This document shows, piece by piece, positions 57,972 to 64,000 of a stretch of DNA of 64,000 bases. The stretch is from an uncultured Gammaproteobacteria bacterium. GTDB taxonomy: Bacteria > Patescibacteriota > Microgenomatia > Levybacterales > GWA1-39-11. The number at the start of each line of letters is the position of its first letter. Within the stretch, counting starts at the first letter, position 1. Under the pieces are notes generated by a model. The model saw only the letters and a list, made by a program, of their open reading frames with translations, was not told the origin of the DNA and ran no database searches. A program made the position numbers and the translations under genes. The stretch is from positions 705,793-769,792 of the forward strand of contig CAYRKM010000001.1 in assembly GCA_964425075.1 (NCBI GenBank), in the 5' to 3' direction.

Positions 57972-58919
57972 TTAAAGTTTTGTTAGCCAATTTATCGTTT
58001 CTGGTAGTCCTTCATCTAGCTTAATTTTGGCGCTCCAGCCTAGCATCTCTTTCATTTTTGAAACATCAGGAATTCTATTTTTTACATCAGACCTAAATGG
58101 CTTAACGTGCTTTACCTTAAATGTTTTTGTATTGCCTGAAATTTCCCAAATTTTCTTTGCAAGTTCAAGCATTGTAATGGGTTCATTGTTTGCTATGTTA
58201 AAGTCGTTATTTAATGCTTTTTCACTTTCCATCGTCTTGATTATGCCCTCAGCAAGGTCTTTTACATGAGTAAAACATCTGACTTGATTTCCGTCCCCCA
58301 AAAGCTCAAGAGGATATTGGTCTGATAAAATTTTTTTTGCGAGATCTGGAATTACATGGGCATAGCCTATTTCCTTTTCGGGATATTCATTTATTCCATA
58401 AGCGTTAAATGGTCTACAAATGGTGTAATTTAAGCCAAATTCTTCAAAAAAAGCTTTGCAATATTGCTCACCAATAAGTTTGGAAAAACCATACGAGGTA
58501 ATAGGAGGAAGAGTGGTGTTAATATCTTTTTCAGCTGATGGAAATTTGGTTGCACTCTCAAAAACCATTGATGAGGAAATATATATTATTCTTTCAATCT
58601 TATTTTTGACTGATGCCTCAAAGACTGCAGAATACATTTTGTTGTTTTCGGAGAGAATCGTTGCGGGGTATTTATGAAAATATCCAATCCCCCCAATTTT
58701 CGCAGCCAAATGGATGCAGATATCCATTCCTTCAAGTGCCTTGTTGGCATTCAACTTATCCGTTAAGTCCAAATTTATAAACTCAGACGAATATAGTGGC
58801 TTTTTGTTGTGTTTGCTTAAGTTGTCTACAACTCTTACAAAATATCCTTTTTCAAGAAGTTGCCTTACAATTTCTTGTCCAATGAAGCCTGCACCCCCTG
58901 TTACGACAATCTTTTTCAT
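57972..58919 (-). CDS. NAD-dependent NDP-sugar epimerase/dehydratase (SDR)
   Basis: 315 aa. VTGGAGFIG and catalytic YGFSK. The HLAAKIGGIGY motif is reminiscent of the GME AADMGG motif. Confidence 0.6.
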   Translation of the reverse strand: MKKIVVTGGAGFIGQEIVRQLLEKGYFVRVVDNLSKHNKKPLYSSEFINLDLTDKLNANKALEGMDICIHLAAKIGGIGYFHKYPATILSENNKMYSAVFEASVKNKIERIIYISSSMVFESATKFPSAEKDINTTLPPITSYGFSKLIGEQYCKAFFEEFGLNYTICRPFNAYGINEYPEKEIGYAHVIPDLAKKILSDQYPLELLGDGNQVRCFTHVKDLAEGIIKTMESEKALNNDFNIANNEPITMLELAKKIWEISGNTKTFKVKHVKPFRSDVKNRIPDVSKMKEMLGWSAKIKLDEGLPETINWLTKL

Positions 58920-59039
58920 TGAGTCTGATTATAACAAAAACATTAAAAAATGAGTTTATCAATACTATAACAAGTTGCCGGTATTATATACTCTTGTCAA
59001 AGTCTTCTTTTCTTACTTAAAAAACGGTAATATAAATAC

Positions 59040-59933
59040 ATGAGTCATATAAATCCTTCAGAGATTGCGATTATTGGTATAGTTTATGAACCAAAATGGT
59101 ATGCAGGGAGGCTTAAAAGCATAAAGCATATAGAGAAAATACGAGGCGACCTTATTTTATATAGCCTTAGATATGCTTCCTCAGTTGGCTATAAAATATC
59201 AATTGTAGACGGTGGGAGCACTAAAACTTTTCAAAAAGAGATAAAAAAAATAAATGGTGTAAATATTGTATTTTCAAAAATCCACAAACGTTCTCCAAAT
59301 AGAAGACGAGCAGTTTTGGAAGGTTCAAAAATTCCTGGTGTAAAAGCAATAGTAATGACTGAGATTGAAAAGGTCACCTTTATTACAGATTGTATTGAAA
59401 AAAGCGTGAAGCCAGTACTTATGGACGAAGCAGATATTGTAGTTCCGAAAAGGGAGGACAAGTTGTTTAAGAAATCATATCCGTTGTATATGTATGAATC
59501 TGAAAGTGAGGGAAATTTACTTTATAATGAGGGGCTTCGGTCTGTGGGTCTTTTATCTCCCCATCAGGAAGATTTAGATGTGTTTTTTGGAACACGAGTT
59601 TTTAAAAATGATAAGAAAATGCTAAAACAGATATTTTCTCACTATGAGGCACATATGTTTGATTCTCTTATCGCACATAATTTATTTGATTTGGAAGAAT
59701 ATTCAAATGGACAATTTTTTCCTGTGGTAAAGGCGCTCGAGAAGGGATATAGGGTAATTTCAGTTACTGTTCCTTTTCAATATCCCGAAAAACAGAAGGA
59801 AAATGAGGATAATGGTGAGAGAGAGCAATTTATTTACAAAAGAAGATTTCAGAAGTTAACTATTGTAATTGAACTTATGCATTTCTTAGGACATATTAAT
59901 AGGAAGAAAACGAGAGCAATACATAAAGTTTAA
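59040..59933 (+). CDS. Hypothetical protein; possible GT-A-like fold
   Basis: 297 aa. ISIVDGGSTKTF recalls the GT2 DGGS motif and MDEADIVV is a possible DxD. No confident family assignment. Confidence 0.3.
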   Translation: MSHINPSEIAIIGIVYEPKWYAGRLKSIKHIEKIRGDLILYSLRYASSVGYKISIVDGGSTKTFQKEIKKINGVNIVFSKIHKRSPNRRRAVLEGSKIPGVKAIVMTEIEKVTFITDCIEKSVKPVLMDEADIVVPKREDKLFKKSYPLYMYESESEGNLLYNEGLRSVGLLSPHQEDLDVFFGTRVFKNDKKMLKQIFSHYEAHMFDSLIAHNLFDLEEYSNGQFFPVVKALEKGYRVISVTVPFQYPEKQKENEDNGEREQFIYKRRFQKLTIVIELMHFLGHINRKKTRAIHKV

Positions 59934-59989
59934 CCATTGTGAGAAACATCATCGGTTAGATTGCCTAAATTTTAACTAAAAAACAGAAT

Positions 59990-60535
59990 ATGAGCAAAAT
60001 TATTGGTATCGATATCAGCCAACTCGCGTACGAAAACACTGGAGTTGCCAATTACTTAGAAAATTTAGTTATAAACCTTATTGAGCAAGATGAGAAAAAT
60101 GAATACGTATTGTTTTTCTCTTCACTAAGAGGAAAAGTTTCCAAAAAGATTGCTTTACTTTCTGCAAAGCAAAATGTGCGGATAAAAACATTTCGATTTC
60201 CACCTTATGCGCTTAATTTTTTATGGAATCAAGTTCACACACTTCCAATTGACACATTAATCGGAAAAGTGGATTTTTTTCTTACCTCAGACTGGACTGA
60301 GCCACCCTTAAGGTCAGGAATTAAAGCAACTATTTTATATGACTTAATTGTTTATAAATACCCTCAAGAGACTGCTGCAAAAATTGTTGACGTTCAAAAA
60401 AAGAAACTTAAATGGGTGAAGAAAGAAAGTAATTTTGTTTTTTGCATTTCAGAGGCTACAAAAAAGGATGCTGAGGATTTGCTTAAAATTGATCCCAAAA
60501 AACTTCATGTAATTTATCCCGGTTTAACTTTGTAA
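59990..60535 (+). pseudogene. GT4 N-terminal-domain-only ORF (181 aa); probable truncated paralog of 60617..61738
   Basis: Starts MSKIIGIDIS like the downstream MSKIIAIDAN gene and the GT4 at 26365. Ends right after the VIYPGLTL N-domain boundary, with no C-terminal Rossmann domain. Confidence 0.4.
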
Positions 60536-60616
60536 AGATATGAACATATCATCAACTCATCCTTCGACAAGCTCAGGACGAGCCCCAAGATATGTTTTTT
60601 CAATTATAAATAGGAT

Positions 60617-61738
60617 ATGTCAAAAATCATAGCAATTGATGCAAATGAGGCAAATGTTGAAAGGCGTGTAGGAATATCGGAATACGCCTATCAAGTAATT
60701 AGTGAATTATATAAAATGCGTGAGGAGGGTAAGATTTCGCACAACTTTATAATTTACTTAAAGTCCACTCCCTTAACGTTTCTTCCAGAAGAAACTTCTT
60801 GGTGGAAATATAAAGTTGTAAAGCCGGCAAGACTATGGACACAAATAGGCTTGCCCTTGAATTTATTTTTATCTCCAAAAAAACCCGATGTTTTTTACAC
60901 AACAAGTCATTATGCACCTCGTTTTTCCCCAGTTCCAACAGTGGTTTCGGTAATGGATGTGTCTTATCTGAGATTTCCAGAGACTTTTAAGAAGAATGAT
61001 TTGTACCAATTAACAGAATGGACAAAGTATTCGGTTAATAAAGCAAAGGCAATAATTACCATAAGTGAAAGCTCCAAAAGTGATATAATAAAATTCTATA
61101 AAACACCAAAGGACAAGATAAAAGTTGTGCATTTGGGATTAAAAGATCTACCTAATTCTATGGCTTCATCAAAATCTCCCCAAGAATATGGAGTTGAAAA
61201 AAACTTCGTACTATTTGTTGGAACACTTCAACCAAGAAAAAATATTTCTCGACTTATTGAGGCTTTTTCTCTTCTGCCAAAGGAACTACAAGACAAAAAT
61301 GACCTTGTAATAATTGGTAAAAAAGGATGGCTATATGAGGAAATTCTTACAGCTCCAAAGAAATATGGAATTGAGGATAGGGTGAGGTTTTTAGATTTTG
61401 TAACTGACGAGGACTTGCCAGGATTTTATAAGAAGGCAGAAGTTTATGTGCTTCCAAGCCTTTATGAGGGTTTTGGATTGCCTGTTCTTGAAGCCATGAG
61501 ATATGGATGCCCAGTTATAACAAGTGATGTTTCAAGTCTTCCAGAAGCCGGAGGAGATGCCGCCTTGTATTTTAACCCAGAAAGCGCTAATGATATAAAA
61601 GATAAGATTGAAAAAGTTTTGACAGACAGGGAATTACGCGAGAAAATGATAGAGAAGGGACGAGTTCATTACAAAAAATTTACATGGGAAAAAGCGGCTA
61701 AAGAAGTATTGGAAGTAATTGAGTCAGCGGTAAAATAA
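60617..61738 (+). CDS. GT4 family glycosyltransferase
   Basis: 373 aa. FVGTLQPRKN and YEGFGLPVLEAMRYGCPVITSDVSSLPEAGG. Confidence 0.7.
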   Translation: MSKIIAIDANEANVERRVGISEYAYQVISELYKMREEGKISHNFIIYLKSTPLTFLPEETSWWKYKVVKPARLWTQIGLPLNLFLSPKKPDVFYTTSHYAPRFSPVPTVVSVMDVSYLRFPETFKKNDLYQLTEWTKYSVNKAKAIITISESSKSDIIKFYKTPKDKIKVVHLGLKDLPNSMASSKSPQEYGVEKNFVLFVGTLQPRKNISRLIEAFSLLPKELQDKNDLVIIGKKGWLYEEILTAPKKYGIEDRVRFLDFVTDEDLPGFYKKAEVYVLPSLYEGFGLPVLEAMRYGCPVITSDVSSLPEAGGDAALYFNPESANDIKDKIEKVLTDRELREKMIEKGRVHYKKFTWEKAAKEVLEVIESAVK

Positions 61739-61739
61739 T

Positions 61740-62342
61740 ATGCAAAAAATAAGAACCTTTCACTTCGCTCAAGAACCTTCCTTTTTGAGGCAAAAAGTAG
61801 AAAGAAGAATTGGGGCGATATTTAACGAGCTTATTTGCGCGAAATTAAGAACAGTTGGGTACATTCCTTTTCATCACATAAGGCGGTTTTTCTATAGAAT
61901 TTGCGGCATAAAAATTGGAAGAGGTTCAGCCGTTCATATGTTTGCGACATTTTATAAGCCAAACAATATCCGTATCGGAAAAGACACCATTATTGGTGAA
62001 TGGGCAGTTTTAGATGGAAGAGACACCCTTGTGATTGGAAATCATGTCGATATAGCTTCACAGGTTATGATTTATAATGCCGAACATGATATTCATTCGA
62101 CTGATTTTAGAAAAGCAAAGACAGGGAAAGTTGAAATAGGAGACTATGTATTTATTGGACCAAGGGCAATTATTTTGCCTGGCGTAACAATTGGAAGGGG
62201 AGCAGTCGTAGCTGCGGGAGCAGTTGTAACGAAAAACGTGGAAGCACTTACGATAGTTGGTGGCATACCTGCCAAGGAGATCGGAAAAAGAGAAGAGGAA
62301 AGCCTTAATTACACTTTGGGTCGCGCTGCATGGTTTAGGTAA
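61740..62342 (+). CDS. Hexapeptide-repeat acetyltransferase
   Basis: IGPRAIILPGVTIGRGAVVAAGAVVTKNVEALTIVGGIPAKEIGKR; homolog of 45545..46159. Confidence 0.65.
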   Translation: MQKIRTFHFAQEPSFLRQKVERRIGAIFNELICAKLRTVGYIPFHHIRRFFYRICGIKIGRGSAVHMFATFYKPNNIRIGKDTIIGEWAVLDGRDTLVIGNHVDIASQVMIYNAEHDIHSTDFRKAKTGKVEIGDYVFIGPRAIILPGVTIGRGAVVAAGAVVTKNVEALTIVGGIPAKEIGKREEESLNYTLGRAAWFR

Positions 62343-62346
62343 TTTT

Positions 62347-63261
62347 ATGCTTACATTCTCCTTCCTAATATTAACGTATAAGTCGTCAGGAGTTATATCT
62401 AAATTTATAAGTACATTCTTGGAGGAAATATTACCAAGCATTAGAAAAGGTGAAAGTGAGGTTATTTTTGTTGACAACATGTCTCCAGATGATACCTACA
62501 AGGAAACATTAAAGAGCCTTTCAAAGTACAAAGAATTAGTGACAGAAGATGGAAAATCATCAAAACCTATTAAAGTAATTCAGAATACAGAAAATGCAGG
62601 TTACGCTAAAGGAATTAATTTTGCCTCCACTTTTGCAAAAGGAGAAATTCTAATTATTGTAAATCCAGATGCTGAGCTTGTAAGTCAGGATTTTAGTAAA
62701 GTTAAGGATAAATTCGACGAGGAAAAAAAACTTGCAATTGCAGGATTAAGACTTGAAACATATGAGCGACAGACAGAGAAAACCGCAGGAAGATTTTTTA
62801 ACCCGCTAACACTTTTTCTTTATGCAATTGGGCTTGAGAATACTTTTTCTTTACGATTTACCCCCGCAAACGAGCAAAAGGTTGATTTTGTAAGTGGAGG
62901 TTTTACTGCAGTAAGACGTGAAATGTTTGAGAAGCTTAAGGGGTATGATATTGACTACTTCATGTATGTAGAAGATATGGATTTGTGTTATAGGGCAAGA
63001 AAAGCAGGATACGAAACGATGTATTTGCCCTATGCTACAATTAAACATCGAGGTCAAGGCAGTTCAAGTAAAGAGTTTGCTATTGTAAATATTTATAAAG
63101 GACTTCAAACTTTTTTTAGAAAACACTCAAGCATGGTTTTTCAATGGTATGTTGGGTGCTTGCTTGCTTTAAAAGCAGTATCTATAATTTTTATAGCCAC
63201 GCTTTTTGGTAAACAAGATGTTGCTAGCACTTATAAAAAGGCATTGCAAACAATTATATGA
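62347..63261 (+). CDS. GT2 family glycosyltransferase
   Basis: FSFLILTYKSSG...IFVDNMSPDDT...NPDAEL. The C-terminus is paralogous to 1..279 and 8689..9621. The start was moved to the ATG immediately after the upstream stop. Confidence 0.65.
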   Translation: MLTFSFLILTYKSSGVISKFISTFLEEILPSIRKGESEVIFVDNMSPDDTYKETLKSLSKYKELVTEDGKSSKPIKVIQNTENAGYAKGINFASTFAKGEILIIVNPDAELVSQDFSKVKDKFDEEKKLAIAGLRLETYERQTEKTAGRFFNPLTLFLYAIGLENTFSLRFTPANEQKVDFVSGGFTAVRREMFEKLKGYDIDYFMYVEDMDLCYRARKAGYETMYLPYATIKHRGQGSSSKEFAIVNIYKGLQTFFRKHSSMVFQWYVGCLLALKAVSIIFIATLFGKQDVASTYKKALQTII

Positions 63262-64000
63262 ATCTATTTAAAAAAATAATTGATAATTCACTTCTTGGAA
63301 TAACACTGTTTTTCATTGCATTCATACCACTTTATCCAAAACTTCCATTGCTCGACATCAAGAATACTTGGGTTTATATAAGAGTAGAAGATTTTTTGGT
63401 TTTAGGCGTGCTTTTGATATGGACAGTGCTTTTTATAAGAAAAAAGGTAAGCCTAAAAACCCCACTCACACTTCCAATTCTTGCCTTTTGGCTAATAGGA
63501 GCAATTGCAACCATTCATGGGGTTTTAATTATTTTTCCTGAACTTGCAAATATTTTTCCGAATGTTGCTTTCTTGTCTTATGTTCGGCACATAGAATACA
63601 TGAGTCTTTTTTTTGTTGCGTATTCTGGAATGAGAGATAAAAACTCCATTCACCCAGTTATTTGGACCGTTGTTGTTACATTTGTTATTGTTTGTCTGTA
63701 TGGTTTGGGGCAAAAATATCTAGGATTTCCGGCCTTTCTTACAATGAATGAGGAATTTGCCAAGGGAGTTCCAATTCAGCTTTCCCAGCTTTCTCGCGTT
63801 CCTTCAACTTTTGCTGGACATTATGATTTTGCAGCATATCTTGTTCTTATAATCCCAATTATTGCAAGTCTCTTTTTTGCTTTTAAAAACGTATTTGCAA
63901 AACTTTTTTTTGTAGCGCTTGTTGGACTAGGGTGTGTTTTATTGTTTATGACAGTTTCAAGGGTTTCCTTCTTTGTGCTTTTTATTGCTCTTTTCTTTGT
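63258..64000 (+). CDS. Polytopic membrane protein, O-antigen ligase/polymerase-like (Wzy_C-like); 3' end outside the window
   Basis: Open frame from ATG 63258 (ATGA overlap) to the window end. At least 8 TM helices; the loop RVPSTFAGHYDFAAYLVL and MTVSRVSFFVLF resemble O-antigen-ligase-family proteins. Confidence 0.4.
   Translation, partial: MNLFKKIIDNSLLGITLFFIAFIPLYPKLPLLDIKNTWVYIRVEDFLVLGVLLIWTVLFIRKKVSLKTPLTLPILAFWLIGAIATIHGVLIIFPELANIFPNVAFLSYVRHIEYMSLFFVAYSGMRDKNSIHPVIWTVVVTFVIVCLYGLGQKYLGFPAFLTMNEEFAKGVPIQLSQLSRVPSTFAGHYDFAAYLVLIIPIIASLFFAFKNVFAKLFFVALVGLGCVLLFMTVSRVSFFVLFIALFF

Noticed and set aside
60560-60590. GC-rich patch with a small GCTC/GAGC palindrome as a possible sRNA, attachment site or mobile-element remnant
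   Set aside because: The stem is only 4 bp, with no flanking repeats and no nearby integrase. The evidence is too weak, so it is kept only as part of the GT4-fragment finding.
1-64000. Possibility of an alternative genetic code with UGA recoding (code 25/4), as in some CPR
   Set aside because: TGA terminates many ORFs exactly at ATGA overlaps with the next gene, for example 4263, 6420, 63258 and 54833. Homology-like motifs do not run through the stops. The standard code 11 fits.
1-64000. CRISPR arrays, tRNA or rRNA genes, transposases, integrases or phage genes
   Set aside because: There are no periodic direct repeats, no tRNA-like T-arm motifs in the few intergenic gaps, no rRNA-like conserved stretches, and no ORF with transposase, integrase or recombinase motifs. 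Intergenic space is too small to hold RNA genes.

Overview
This 64 kb low-GC (about one-third G+C) segment is gene-dense, with roughly 57 ORFs, almost all on the + strand and many joined by ATGA or 1-20 nt overlaps. It contains no rRNA, tRNA, CRISPR array, transposase or integrase. Nearly every gene belongs to one very large cell-surface glycan or glycoconjugate biosynthesis locus.

The locus contains:
- About 16 large polytopic membrane proteins with GT-C-like features, including YfhO-family, ArnT/PMT_2 (GT39/83)-like and several unassigned paralog groups. Together these cover about 28 kb of coding sequence.
- About 10 GT2 enzymes, several of the Ppm/DPM1/ArnC type that make polyprenyl-phosphate sugars.
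- About 6 GT4 (GT-B) enzymes.
- A Wzx-like flippase and a 3'-truncated O-antigen-ligase-like protein.
- Nucleotide-sugar enzymes: GalE, RfbF and RfbG (the CDP-glucose route), two DegT-family proteins that carry His where the PLP-binding Lys normally sits (sugar 3-dehydratase type), a GDP-mannose 3,5-epimerase homolog, three further SDR epimerases or reductases, and a UDP-sugar 6-dehydrogenase.
- Decorating enzymes: three class I SAM methyltransferases, one FkbM methyltransferase, two hexapeptide acetyltransferases and one SGNH hydrolase.

Small DUF5652-like and DUF5667-like genes, the absence of Shine-Dalgarno motifs and the low GC content suggest a Patescibacteria/CPR (Microgenomates-like) host that uses the standard genetic code, since TGA acts as a stop codon. 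The most notable aspects are the concentration of GT-C paralog arrays, the repeated Ppm-like GT2 + small membrane protein + GT-C modules, and a likely CDP-3,6-dideoxyhexose branch built on ColD/E1-like dehydratases with no E3 reductase in the window.
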